This document shows positions 29,515-41,362 of a stretch of DNA of 64,000 nt, piece by piece. A program made the translations under genes and the position numbers. The DNA is from Elsinoe ampelina (lineage: Eukaryota): NCBI GenBank assembly GCA_010093995.1, contig ML992506.1:1567508-1631507 (forward strand), read 5' to 3'. Below the pieces are notes generated by a model, which had not been told where the DNA came from, did no database searches, and saw only the letters and a program-made list of their open reading frames with translations. Every line of letters starts with the position of its first letter. Position 1 is the first letter of the stretch.

Positions 29515-29588
29515 ATTTAGTATATAGCGTATAAGGACAAGAAAGAATACTTACTTATTAGAATAACTCGATTAAGAGAGAAGAGTAA

Positions 29589-30051
29589 TATTATAAACTA
29601 GTAGAATAGCTAAAGCATAGAGATACTAGGACTAATTAAACTACTAGGGTTATTACGTAACCTAGCTCGACGTTTACCTAGTTCTCTATCTTCTTTAGTA
29701 GCTCTACCTTAGGGACTATAGAGTACGTAGGTTACTAGCGGACGTATACTCTATATTGCCCCCGACTCTCGCTATAGAGTATATAAAGTATATAGAGTAT
29801 ATAGTAAAGAACATATATATATAAGAGTAGTTCTTACCTTATATAAGTACTATAGTTAACCTTATCTAGATAGTAAACACTAGTATTACTAAGGCTAGCC
29901 TTTATAATACTATCTAATTATACTTTATTATCTATAAGATATACCTTCTCTAACTTTTACCTTAGTGCTATACTACTATAGAAGTAGAACTACCTTGTTC
30001 TTAGCTTAGCTTAGACTACTAGCGTAGGCTATATTTAGATAGTTTATAACA
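29589..30051 (+). repeat. 3' LTR (463 bp)
   Basis: Starts tattataaac and ends gtttataaca. Colinear with the 5' LTR, with transition differences. Confidence 0.95.
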
Positions 30052-33000
30052 CTTATATCTTTTAAGAAAGAAGTAAGAGTATAAGGGCGTAGTATATAAG
30101 CTTTAATAGAAGAATAAGAAGTGCTAAAGAACTCAAGGGATAGTCGAATTTAGCGGATTATAGCTCTAGCTACCTTAGTAGTAGTATAAATAGCATAGTT
30201 AGTATACTCTTTAGCGAGTAAAAACTACACGTCTACTAGTTTTAATTTAGCTATCTAATAATTAACTATAATAGTAACAACCTAATTAGAGTAGTATAGT
30301 AACTATTATATCTTTTTTTAGCTTTAATTTATTAGTATTCTCTATAGACTTCTAGCTAGCTAAATTTAATAACGAGAGGTCGATACGAAGTATAATATAC
30401 TAAGCCTAGAGTAGCTTAGTTAAACTTAAAACGACTATACTCTATAATTGTGCTTAGTCTTTCTTCCTATATACGAACTCGAGTATTACCTTAGACAACG
30501 TTAAAAGTTGTTATATTTAGTCTTTGTATATCGTAGCTATCGCTTAAGAGTAAGCTTAGTAACCCCTAATTCTATATAGCGTCGAGGTAAACTATTAATT
30601 ATTAATATAGACTCCCTAAGATATACTTTACTTATAACTATTACGTTGTATCTTCTAGGCTTATATACTATACCTAGTAAGTAAGAATCGTCGTAGTATA
30701 TATAGAGTAGTATAAGTAATAGACAATAGTGTTTTTAAAAGTAATAGAAGGCTATATTAGGTATAGTTACTAGCTCTAATTACTATAGGTTAGTAGTAGC
30801 TCCCTCTAAGAGCACGAACGAGAGCTATTACACTCTACGCTATAAATGTTTAATATAATAAGGTAGTACTACTAGTAAGTAACTTGCCTCTATTAAGTTA
30901 TAAAGAATATTTTAGACATTATAGATTTAATAAAGCTATAACATAAGGACAAGGCAGGTTTAGTGCTCCGTCGATATAGCCTTATTTAAGGTAGTATAGT
31001 TAGTAGATTTAGGCGGTTTTCTTAGTACTAGCTTCGTATAGGAAGGAAGTAGTAAGTATCTTCTCTAGTAAGGTTATAATAAGGTTATTAGTAAGGCGAG
31101 GTAATTAAGGTAGTCTTTAGTTATTAGAATGTAACTTACTTCTATAACTATCTATTTTTAACTATATAGTACTATAGTAGAGAAGTTACATAAATTGTAT
31201 TTTACTATTCTTACTATATTTGTATAAAAGTAGACTAAAACTAGACTAGATATTTTCTAGTATCTAATTATTATCTATAGAAGGAAATTTTTAGCTAAAT
31301 TAGTTTCTAATTCTATATATAATATAAATATAGTCTTATTTAGCTCTAGTATAATAGTCTTATAATATATCTATATAGATTTCTAAACTATATAAAGCTA
31401 ATAAAATAAGTAAATATATTAAAATTTTTTTATATTACTAGATTATACTTAAATTGAATAATATTTAATACTAGATATGCTAAAAGGGACTTATAATAGT
31501 ATAATTTCTAAGCGAGATACTAGACTCTACTAGAGATAGTAAAAATCTACCTAGTAAGTAATCTATATACAACTTTAGAAATTTAATATTTTAATTATAT
31601 ATTATATATTAAATATCTTAGCTAAAGATTAAGCTATAGCAAAGTAGTAAAGTAGTTACTATTTGTCTCTTTATACTCTATTTAAATGTTATAACTAATT
31701 TATTAATTAGGTAAGTAACTAGAAATTAGAGGCATTTAAACCTCGATATAAGATATTACTTCCCTTCGGGAGCGTAGCTACGAATTCTACCTTTATTAAG
31801 TATAGCTTTTTGTCCTTTTATAGTCTTAGAGTACTATAGAATCGATAGGTACTTGTTTTAGGAAAGTATATAACAAAATAGAAGTATTATAGTAGTAAAA
31901 CGTTAGGATTTTAACCTTAAATAAATATATATATTATGCTATAGAGACTATAACACTCTACTTTACTAATAATACATTTCTCTTCTAGAGCTATAAATGA
32001 CTTTAAAAATTTGCCTAGTTTCTATAAAGTTATAGCTAGCCCCTAAGCCCCTAAACCCTTAACCTCCTAGGCGTCCTCTAAACCTACTAGTTAACTTCTA
32101 CTAACTTAGCTATTACGTTTCAGTAAATATTCAGAGCTTATATGCTATTAATTCATTGCTGGTTCAAGTAGTAATGCAAGATCTAGTATTCGAAGAGCGG
32201 GCGGCCGGCTATAGCGACCTAGCGTCCTTAACTACCGTCTTTACTAGTCCCTCCTCCACTGTTCGCCATAATAATTCCATTACTCCGGAAGCCTCTCTCG
32301 ACGATCCCATGATCATAACCTTTGAAGCCCCGACGCCTGAAGCCGACTAGCCTCTACCCTCCCCCTCTATTCCATTACTACTAGCGGCAACGAGCAAGAC
32401 AATGCAAGCGACGAAGAGATCTAGATAGCGAGCCTACGACTTCCGACCACCTCGATCATCATGCAGCTTAGGGACTTCCTGGGCACAGCACGAGTACGCT
32501 GCTAGAAAGTCATGGACTGCTTAGGACCTAGCGAGTCCAGCCTAGAGAAGGTTAAGCATGACATGACCGGTCTTGACAAATGACGCAGCCTTAGAATTTT
32601 GAAGACGCATCCTCGACTGCCAAGCCACTCCTATCGAATCACTCTGCAGATTCGTGGTCATGCTTCATGAGATCGTGTACAAGATGTAGTCTGACTGTGG
32701 AACGTACAGCTTGCTTCACGCCCATGCCCTTTGGCGTCATGCTATGCTAAACACGGCGACAAGCGCAGGACTGAGATTGCTGCGGGAAGGCTTTTGCGGC
32801 TCTGTCATGGTAGTCCAGTCTGAAGTAAGTACCTACCCAGCCTGGTTTTGCTGCCCCGCTTGCAGGCTGCGTATGCTAGATAAGCGCCATAACATCTGCT
32901 TCAACATCCACCCTGAGCTCCCTGAAAGCATTAGGCGGTCCCATGTCATGAATCCTGTCTCCAAGCCTCAAGGACGAAGAGTATGGTCTTGCGCACCACA

Positions 33001-33545
33001 TTTTCAGTTCGAAGCACTGAGAGCTGTTAAGTGTGGTCGTCATGCGGAAGCGGGACGGTGACCATGACCGCAGCTGCTACCCCCTCACGATTCCGCACCA
33101 CGAATGTTACCATCCACGCCCAAAAGACTGTGCCGCATAATCCCCAGCAGTAACTGCGAAGTGTCCCTCACCCTTGCTGTTCATATTGCATTCCCGTTAT
33201 TCGTGACGGACCCGCCTCTTGTTTGGGGCAATCAATGTTACAGTTGTGGCGGCATGCTTGGAAAGCGATGCTTAACACGTGCACCTAGTTATGAAGACAT
33301 CGCTGTCGTGGTTCATGATTCATTACAAGAATACTTTGCTGCATGATGCTACACGGCGAATCTACACATTCATCAGCACGAAGGTTTCAGCCGTCGCATC
33401 GACCAGGCTCTTCCTAAGCCATGTCGCTATGTCGGGGTCCTCAATGAGCGAGCGGCCCTTCTTTTGGGCTTTCTCAAGATCATCGTTCCCGATGACTCCG
33501 TTTGAGCTCGCCACTCTTCCACCACCTCACCCGGGAAAGACATTC

Positions 33546-34622
33546 CTATACGTCCCCCACAATCGTCTCTTCCCCACTACTTTCCCTTCTCATGTCCTCA
33601 TGTGTCCTCCCGTCAATTGTCCCGTCCAACCCTGCTGCACCGCCCACTGTATCCTTGCCCTTGCCCCTCCTGTGCCCTTCATTGCGTGATCTCGTTCCCT
33701 CCAAACCCGCGGTCCTGCCCATTCCTTCTGGCGCCCTGAACGCCCGCAACCTCGTAAAAGGCACGAATGTCTGACCCGTCAATACCTTGTAGACAGCAAT
33801 GCGTAAGCGTAAGCGCAACGTCTCCGCCCGTGTCGCGACATAGTCCGGCCGTATGGATCGTGCCGCAGAAGCTGCTATCGCGCCTGCTGCGCGTCGCTTC
33901 TGTTGTGGAGTTGCGTGAGCAAACGGCGGAAGGAGACCTTGCGAATTACTCCGATGTTGAGTCTGACTCGGGGTTTGAGAGGAGAGATGATGGCTTCGAG
34001 GAGGCAGGGCGGAGATGAATGCCCCTCTCTGGCTGGCTGGGGTGTATATCGAACCGACCTTTGGCGTGACCCCGCTTGTTTGGCTGCTTGGATCGTAGTT
34101 GATCAGACTCGTGAACGAGTGTTGGGACCCGTCTCTGCTGCCTCCACTTTCATCCTCAGAGGATTGTTCGGCTAGCTCTTGCGCGGCGACGGAGAGGGGT
34201 TTGGGGGCTCTTGGAGTTTGCTTCTCTTTGTTCGACGTGTGCTGGGCAGAGCTGTTCGAGGGGAGGGAGCTGGGCTTGGAGATGGCTCCAGGAAGCGGAG
34301 GCGTGACTTCTGCGTACAGACCATTCGTGGGTGTAGGAAAATCAGGGGAGTCGGTGCTTATGCGGCGGCGCTTGGAAAAGTACGTGAAGCCTTTTTCTGA
34401 GTCGAGGATGGAGATGGAGGAGCGCTTGAGAGGCGACTTCTGTTGTGACCCTGAGTGCGCGCGTTTCTGGCCAGCGACTTGTTGTTGCTTGCGCGGAGAA
34501 AGTGCATTGGTGGGTAGCGAGGAGAGGGGAGCTCGGCCAGGTATTGTGGTCGGATAGGACGCGGGTTTGGAGGTGTGGAAGGTCGAGAGATTCTCTTGTT
34601 GCTGTACGTGATGTGAAGCCAT
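33546..34622 (-). CDS. Whi5/Nrm1-like G1/S transcriptional repressor candidate
   Basis: S/P-rich disordered protein with SP/TP sites and RAETLRLRLRIAVYKVLTGQTFVPFTRL, which resembles the Whi5 (GTB) motif. Confidence 0.75.
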   Translation of the reverse strand: MASHHVQQQENLSTFHTSKPASYPTTIPGRAPLSSLPTNALSPRKQQQVAGQKRAHSGSQQKSPLKRSSISILDSEKGFTYFSKRRRISTDSPDFPTPTNGLYAEVTPPLPGAISKPSSLPSNSSAQHTSNKEKQTPRAPKPLSVAAQELAEQSSEDESGGSRDGSQHSFTSLINYDPSSQTSGVTPKVGSIYTPASQRGAFISALPPRSHHLSSQTPSQTQHRSNSQGLLPPFAHATPQQKRRAAGAIAASAARSIRPDYVATRAETLRLRLRIAVYKVLTGQTFVPFTRLRAFRAPEGMGRTAGLEGTRSRNEGHRRGKGKDTVGGAAGLDGTIDGRTHEDMRRESSGEETIVGDV

Positions 34623-36329
34623 GGCTGGGGAAGAACTGCAGTGAGATGGAGAACTTCTGTAACTAGCTCTTGGTCCAGATCAGAGGTCGTGAGTGTGGCC
34701 GGGAGTGTACGAGAGACGTGAAGCTGTCAAGAAAGCGATGATGAGGAGGTAGCAACGACCCGGGTGAGCAATGCAACGCAGGCGTGTTGTTCGAAGAATG
34801 ATTTGCGATCTGTATAGAATATTCGACCCGCTAGGAGACGCGACACCAGGTCAATGCATTGCAGTCGCGTGTCGGTGTTTGGTGGAGCTTATGGAACCGC
34901 GTTGCAAACAGATTCAGAGACATGTGCATGACTTCGCCAGTCCCGCACAAAATTATCCCGACCTGCCAAGACCGCGATTGGGCAAATAGGCTACCTAATA
35001 TGGTCCAATCATTCACACTGCAGAAATATCCAAGAGTCCTACTGTAGAACCATCAGTCGCCCTCTCTCTACCATTCATCAGTCTCCCATTCCTCCGACAG
35101 ACACCACCATTTTCGTTGGCTTGCTAAGGATGTTAGTGCCGCCATACCACGACTTAGCTTCGAGATGACACATCTCACTCCGGAGCGATCCATCACTTCT
35201 TCCAGGTGTTCGCGGCCTTGACCAAGACAGGGCTCTATGGCTGCATCTTCTCAATTGCCCGGTCCAGGAGTGTATCTGCCTCGAGCCAGAATGCTCCTTG
35301 AGCAAGAAAAAGCTGGCTTGGTGGTCCATACAACATGAACATGCTGGGCACGTCCAGCACTGGAACGGCAGCGATGTCAGACTGGATTTGCTTTCTCCGT
35401 GCTGTCACTCAATGGACTCGACGTGAACTTGCGGGTCGCGTGGTAGAAAGGGTACTCGCCTGGGCTCCCTCAGAACTCGCGATAAAGCAGCACTTACCAA
35501 TTTACGCAACAGCTGGTGTGTTAACGTACTTCCTTGTGACCCTGGCCAAGTCTCTTTGCATCTTTTGCACACTTACTCTTGAAGTCAAGATCTAGAGGTC
35601 TCTGGCCCAGCGACAGAAGGATCAATTCGTTGTCACACGGTCTATGACTTGAATTAACCCGACAGCATCTGATGAAAGTATCAAAGGGTCCCGGAGACAA
35701 ACTGCCACGGACAACGATGATCCAAGGCGTGCTCAGTCTTGTGGACTTATCTCAAAAGCGACTGTCCCTGGCCGGGACAACCCCAAATCAAGCAAGGCAC
35801 CTTGCTAATTAACAAGTATCTCCGGAGGCAAATATCGCCAAGTGCAGTCAATTCATCGAATGAGCGACCGCGACTGGCCAGAACTTTGAGCCTTTTGGAC
35901 TTGAAGGCAATGAGAAGATGCTCCGGAAGATGTTTCAGCCATGAGAAGATGCTCCGGTTACAAAAAGCCCGATCCGGACGAACCTAAGCCCGAAAGCCGG
36001 ATATAAGTTTCACGGCAGCGTTACTAATTGCTCGCCGGGGTAGCATCCGACGAACCCTACTTAGCCCTACTTGGATTTCTTGGAGAGCCAGTCCCGACAA
36101 CAGAAATACTCGTATAACAACGTCGGTCGGACGCACCAAGTCCGGAAGCATAGTGGTACCTTGACAACATTTAATCAAGCAAATTTGACTAGGTAAGGTC
36201 AAGGAACACAGATTTCAGAAACGATGTAGGTTCCATTGTTCCCCCCTCCCGCCTCTCCCTGCTACCGCCTTCGTCCCTCCGCGGACCTCGAGGTGCATAC
36301 CACCTTGCCCTCCCCCAATTCCCAAAGCC

Positions 36330-37301
36330 ATGCCCCTCGCATACGACCCCGAATTCCTCACCACCTCCACTCCACTCCTCGTCCCGTCCTCCTCCCTCCC
36401 CCGCCCTTCCCTCCACGACATCTCCACCCGCCGGTCCAACGTCGACGCCCTCCGCCCCGTCCCCCGCCCGCGCACCCCCCCAGACATATCCCACACAACC
36501 CACCTCATCCCCACCACCCCACCCGTCCTCCTCCACCGCTTCGCCCCCACCTCCCTCCCCACCCCTGGCCCCCCGGCCTCCCTCCCCGCGATCCTCCACA
36601 TCCACGGCGGCGGCTTCATCACCATCTCGGTCGCCGACGCCGCGCCCTCCCTGACCACCTACGTCCGCGAAACAGGCCACCAGATCTTCTCCGTCGACTA
36701 CCGTCTCTCCCCGGAAACGCCCTTCCCCGGCGCCATCGACGACGCATGGGCAGCGTTGACCTGGCTGCGTGACCACGCGGGGGACTTTGGCGTCGACGCC
36801 TCCCGCATCGCGCTGTTCGGGGAGTCAGCTGGCGGTGCCATCGCGGCGGGACTGGCGGTCCGGGCGAGGGATAGGGGGTTGGTGCCCGGCGTGAGGAAGC
36901 TGGTTTTGGTGTATCCGATGTTGGACTACAGGACCGTGACGAATCGGGTGGGCCAGTTGGCGACGTGGAGTGAGGTGGATAATGTCACTGCTTGGGCGGC
37001 GTATTTGGGGCGGGAGAGGTATGAGGGGCTACTGGCAGGGGAGGGGCAGGTGGAGGGGGAGGCGAGTCCGGCGCATGTCGCGAGTGTGAGGGGGTTGCCG
37101 TCGATGTATTTGGAGGTGGGGCAGTTGGATATCTTTTGTGAGGAGGATGTGAGGTGGGCGGGGAGGTGTGTTGAGGAGGGGGTGGAGGTGGAGTTGCATG
37201 TCCTGCCGGGGCTGCCGCATGGGTTTGAGGCTTTGGGGGCGGGGACGAAGGTGGTCGAGAGGAGTTTGAGGCGCAGGGTGGAGGTGATGAGGGAGTTATA
37301 G
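36330..37301 (+). CDS. Alpha/beta hydrolase, hormone-sensitive lipase-like esterase (Abhydrolase_3)
   Basis: HGGG oxyanion motif, VDYRLSPE, GESAG nucleophile elbow, LDIF and HGF catalytic residues. Single exon. Confidence 0.93.
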   Translation: MPLAYDPEFLTTSTPLLVPSSSLPRPSLHDISTRRSNVDALRPVPRPRTPPDISHTTHLIPTTPPVLLHRFAPTSLPTPGPPASLPAILHIHGGGFITISVADAAPSLTTYVRETGHQIFSVDYRLSPETPFPGAIDDAWAALTWLRDHAGDFGVDASRIALFGESAGGAIAAGLAVRARDRGLVPGVRKLVLVYPMLDYRTVTNRVGQLATWSEVDNVTAWAAYLGRERYEGLLAGEGQVEGEASPAHVASVRGLPSMYLEVGQLDIFCEEDVRWAGRCVEEGVEVELHVLPGLPHGFEALGAGTKVVERSLRRRVEVMREL

Positions 37302-37989
37302 AGGCGTCTGATGAGGGTTTGGATCTGGGAGGGACTTGGGGCTGGATGTACATATGTAATGATTAATGCTTGCGAGACCATGTGCTAGTGAGAGTCTATG
37401 AGATAGCCAGCCCTCAGCTGTGGTTGCAAATCTAGCTAGATATGGGTGTGCTGACATTAATGTTCACGGTCTTAAATTCGGACGATCGGGACCATCTGGC
37501 ACTCGGGCTTCTGTCGTAGTGCATTACCGGCAGTGGTGATAAGGCTCCGGGTTTGCATTCCCGCTTGTCCCAATCGCAAGCAGTGTGGTCGCTGTGGGTT
37601 CCAGTTCATTGCTCCGGTGGACGTACTGTGTTAAGCCCAGCTGAGCATCAATTGCCAGAAGCATGGTTCGACCAAGCCTTACACCGCTGAGAGCTGGTGA
37701 CCTGGCTTGGCCGGCAGCATCTACCTGGCGCGGCTGGGTCTTTTCTCAGCACTGTTCGTGTCCGGAGAAGTCGTCTTCATAGCCTGCACCGCAGCGCATC
37801 CGCGATTTGGGGGCGCCGTGAAAGGGCATCTGGACCGACCGTGTATGTTCTTGGAAAGTCGTATGAACGACATCAACGGCGAAGTTTACATGTGCCCAAT
37901 GGCTCGGCGCCCGGCCGGTTTCCACTTGAATCTTTACCGATCCTGCGTCTATTTGTATGCAGTATGCTGCTACTGTACGCTCGTGTAAA

Positions 37990-39414
37990 TTATGCTGCTT
38001 CGCCAGACCGTTGACCGGAACCAAGTCTTGCCCTCAACCACCGAGTAGTCGGAGGTCGGATGATCTCGTTGAACAGACCAGTCCCGTAGACCAGCAGTGC
38101 AAAGCCGGGTACCTGAAGCCATTTGAATGTCTCCCAGCCCAGACCTAGACTAACGAGCCAAATGAAGAGGGTTCGACATGTATCGATGGTACTGCGAGCT
38201 GTTGCGCTGATGGAGCGAGTGACTGACAGACCGAAGAAGTTGAAGCCACTGACGGATATTAGCACATGTCATAGGTTACGGGCTAGTGGTCTTACCCGAT
38301 GGAGATCATGATGAGCAAACTGCTGAAAGCAACCGCCCTGTTGTGGAACATCTCGTAGAATCCTTCTCTGGCATCAAAGTACCCTCCTTTACCAGCAGCC
38401 GTTTGCCCAACAGCAAGATGCAAGATGCCCATGCCAATGAGTGTGACGGAAAAGCCAAAGGTACCCTCCCACCCCACAACCTGGATAGGATCCATGCTGT
38501 ATTTCTCCATGATACTCTCCTCGAGCACAAACTGAGAAGCAGTGAAGATTTGCGCGCCAGCGATGAGCAAGACGCCAACGATCGTCTCCAGCGCAGTGTG
38601 TTCCTTCACAGCACTGACGACCTCTTTCGCAGCACGTGTGAGGAGGTGCAGCAGCGGACCGGTAAGGTCTCCCTCGATGTCACCCGGCATCTTTGCACCT
38701 CGTCGCTCCAGATATCCTGCCAGACCAACCAGCATGACACCAAGCACTACGATGAACAGACTCGCCCACTTCCAGAAGCCGAGATGACGCTTGAGGAAGA
38801 TGACGCTGAACAGGCCGACGAAGAGGACCAAGGCACCGCGGGTCATCTGGTAGATACTGGCCGCCACGAAGAGGAGACCAACATTCATGAGTGTTGTCCC
38901 AGCAATGTCACAACAAGCGGGTAGGGCGAGGAGCAAGATCTTCCATCCTTCAAGGGGGAGGCGTTCCTTTTGAGGCTCGAGATCGGGATCCGCGAGCGGC
39001 TTAGCGACAATGTTGGTGGGATCGAGAGTGTCTTCATGGCTGTGCCTTTCCGCAGAGACGGCGGTATCCTCGCGGTCCTCGTCATTGATGAGAGGCTGGT
39101 ATGCCGCATCTGATCCGCCACTCCGGCTCTTCCCAAACTTGGTCACGAGGTAGGAGCCGAGGACGACTAGCCAGCAGCCGGACTCTCCGACAAACATCTG
39201 GAGGGTTTGGAGAACAGGCTGTTCAAAGGTGTGATGTTTTGATGGGTTCGGGTCGTCGCAGTTTCGTACACATTGCATATCCTGTCGCTATTAGCAAGCG
39301 AATCGAGTCGAGCGACTCTTATCAGCATACCTGGTACTTTGTGAGCAAGGTGTTGCAGACGCCCGTCAAGAGCATCATGCCCACAAGAAATGGGATGACT
39401 GCTTTGCTCGTCAT
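37990..39414 (-). CDS. SLC35F6-like DMT/nucleotide-sugar transporter family membrane protein; introns 39330-39282 and 38295-38249
   Basis: MTSKAVIPFLVGMMLLTGVCNTLLTKYQDMQCV, FEQPVLQTLQMFVGE, ASIYQMTRGALVLF, VVGWEGTFG and FNFFGLSVTRSISATARSTIDTCRT. Confidence 0.9.
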
Positions 39415-39668
39415 GATGGCTGATTGCAGCCGTCTCTGCTATGTCTATCGTCTGCTATAGCAGCAGGTATGTAAGGAGAACAGAAGGCACGGGGAACCGT
39501 TCGAGATAGTCACATGCGTCGGTTGGACGAGGGTCAGGGCTGGAGATGCGACGAGCCAATCGGGACAAAGCAAGGACGGAACGGGTGCGGAGATCTATAG
39601 ATGCGGCTCTGCTGCCCTTGTCTTTGGATCCATTTCCAGATGTCAATAGACAACCGACAAAGCTGTAT

Positions 39669-40316
39669 CTACACAACTTGATCTCGAAAGGTCTGCGCCC
39701 TGGGGACTGTAGTTTTGAAGCTCTCCCTTTGTTCCAATTTCTGCCAATACTCAACCAGCTTTGGATGGTCCTTCTTCCACGCATGGTCGGGCCACCGAAC
39801 GTTCATAAATCCCAGGAGACTACCAGTAGCGATATCTGCAAGACCGAATTTGTTGCCGACTAGGTAGTCCTTCACTTCTGGTCTCTCCACGAGGGCTGCC
39901 AAAGCCTTGAGTCCTCCTTCGACTTTCCGCATCTGCCTGTCTTTCCAGAGTCCAGACTGTTTGTCCGAGTCTCGCTGCTTTTCAAAGAAAGCAAGAACGA
40001 GTGCGTCACAGACGCCATCTGCAATGACCTCTACCTGTTTGGCGAACAGCTTGTCATCAATGTCGTGTGGGTATAGTGGTGGATCTGGATGTTTTGCCTC
40101 TATCCATTCCATGATATAGTGTGACTCGTAGACAGCCGGTCGCCCATCGTCAGGTATCAGTACTGGCAGCTTCTCGAGTGGGTTGTAGCCTGGTGTCTGT
40201 GTGTCATTGTTCCATGGGACTTCTGTCTGGAGCTTGAACGGAATGCCTTTCTCTTGCAGGGCGATCCTGACTTTGCGAGCGTATGGGGATGGAGTCGCGC
40301 TGATGAGAGTATACAT
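39669..40316 (-). CDS. Glutathione S-transferase
   Basis: SPYARKVRIALQEKGIPF, NPLEKLPVL, YES..I.E and C-terminal GLADIA. 215 aa, single exon. Confidence 0.93.
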   Translation of the reverse strand: MYTLISATPSPYARKVRIALQEKGIPFKLQTEVPWNNDTQTPGYNPLEKLPVLIPDDGRPAVYESHYIMEWIEAKHPDPPLYPHDIDDKLFAKQVEVIADGVCDALVLAFFEKQRDSDKQSGLWKDRQMRKVEGGLKALAALVERPEVKDYLVGNKFGLADIATGSLLGFMNVRWPDHAWKKDHPKLVEYWQKLEQRESFKTTVPRAQTFRDQVV

Positions 40317-41362
40317 AATGGCGGATAGGAATAGATTACTTTCCAGTGAGGTAGGTTATGGGTTTTGAGAGAGTAGTCGATAGCGATTGAACTGTTGATA
40401 GCAGCTTACCATACTGCTGGGTCGAGACGTTGCAGATCACTTTTACCCCTCAGATGACGTTGCGGCGAACTCGATAGAGGTACCTCCAGGGCTGATAAAA
40501 TCAAGTCCCGCATTAGAGTGTTGTTTACACCTGCCATGTCTCTACTGAAAGTCTGCACTCGAAGCGGTACTCATCAGAAATATCACGATATGGAGTGTAG
40601 GTGATTCGGACGCGCTTGTAGGTTGAATGTCGCGTGTCAGGCGCTTGCACTCTTGTACGCGGCATCAGACGCGAATCGTCGTGATCCAAGGATGCAAAGA
40701 CACTAGACCAATGTATGCTCATCTCGTGGCGCTCTGTGAATTTTGATTCTGTGACGTTTCATGGACCTGTCAAAGTTGATGGTTGTGATCGTGTCAAGAA
40801 AGTAGGAGGCTGGCTTGGCCCGAGCTGTGCGGGAACAAGGACGGAACTCCGGGCGGGAAAAAAGAGTGACAACTACGGAAAAAGTGGGACTTGGGGATAC
40901 CCGTTGCGGCCTGCAGCTCGAACAGGCATTCTTTCCTTCTGTGAGGATACTGTACTTGTAGGATCTAATGACCGACAGAGCATCCTCAAAGCTGCAATTG
41001 GCAACGCGCTAGCAATTGCTACCCAATTGACTACGACCGGACGCAAGAAAAACAGCAGGGATCACATCTGCCAGCTCACCTCTCGGGCTGCAGCTTTGAC
41101 TCGTACACCATCAAAATCCCAACCTCTTCTCCCTCAGGTCACCCTCTAGTCTTTCCACCCAACCTCTCGCTCAGGATCCTCGACCATTGTTAATCTGATC
41201 TTGTCAGCGCCACTCGTTAGGTCCTTCCTACCATTCTTGTTTTCACCCTCCATCACAAAGCTACCAACAGCTACTTTCGGGACATCTGAAAGCTAGCTTC
41301 CGCCCAGGACCAGCTACTTGACTTCGCATTCCCTCCCAATCTTGACATCTTCTCTTCTCACA

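Larger units (their letters stand above)
23097..30051 (+). mobile_element. Full-length Ty3/Gypsy chromovirus LTR retrotransposon (about 7 kb), inactivated by RIP
   Basis: Two LTRs, a 5-bp TSD (cttac 23092-96 / cttat 30052-56), a purine-rich PPT before 29589, and the domain order gag-PR-RT-RH-IN-chromodomain. Confidence 0.96.
22305..30269 (-). pseudogene. Tc1-like DD34E transposase (exon 1 30269-30057; 45-nt intron 23096-23052; exon 2 23051-22305), split by the Gypsy insertion
   Basis: De-RIP motifs: FFGTPYPP...RPRTLT, PTAYLDEVQAFL...WSRK...AAER, IVYIDES, IFVMDNASIH, YLPPYSPDFNPIE (34 residues between the second D and E) and AKAHFKSCGY. The intron has gtaagt, a tactaac branch site and an AG end. 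Confidence 0.9.
20070..30437 (-). mobile_element. Tc1-like (IS630-Tc1-mariner, DD34E) DNA transposon, about 3.4 kb once the nested LTR element is removed; inactivated by RIP
   Basis: TA at 20068-69 and 30438-39. TIRs at 20070-20108 (CAGTCGTTTTGAGTTCAACC...) and 30399-30437 differ only by transitions. Further imperfect subterminal inverted similarity extends inward to about 20233/30303. Confidence 0.92.
20160..32150. repeat. AT-rich block mutated by RIP (relic transposons, probably heterochromatic)
   Basis: Abrupt drop in GC, a strong TpA excess with CpA/TpG depletion, and almost no ORFs of 60 aa or more. Paired repeats (TIRs, LTRs) differ almost entirely by C>T/G>A transitions. Confidence 0.95.

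Noticed and set aside
31895..31920. tRNA/SINE B-box-like stretch (gttaggattttaacc)
   Set aside because: It needs a non-RIP transversion to match GGTTCGAATCC, and no cloverleaf or A-box is evident.
32041..32070. Interstitial telomere-like CCCTAA repeats
   Set aside because: Only 2-3 irregular units, easily produced by RIP of C-rich sequence.
19000..33000. Starship/Helitron-type giant element or centromere explanation for the AT-rich block
   Set aside because: No tyrosine-recombinase captain or Rep/helicase motifs were recognised. Most of the block is explained by the nested Tc1 and Gypsy elements, and centromere status cannot be judged from sequence alone.
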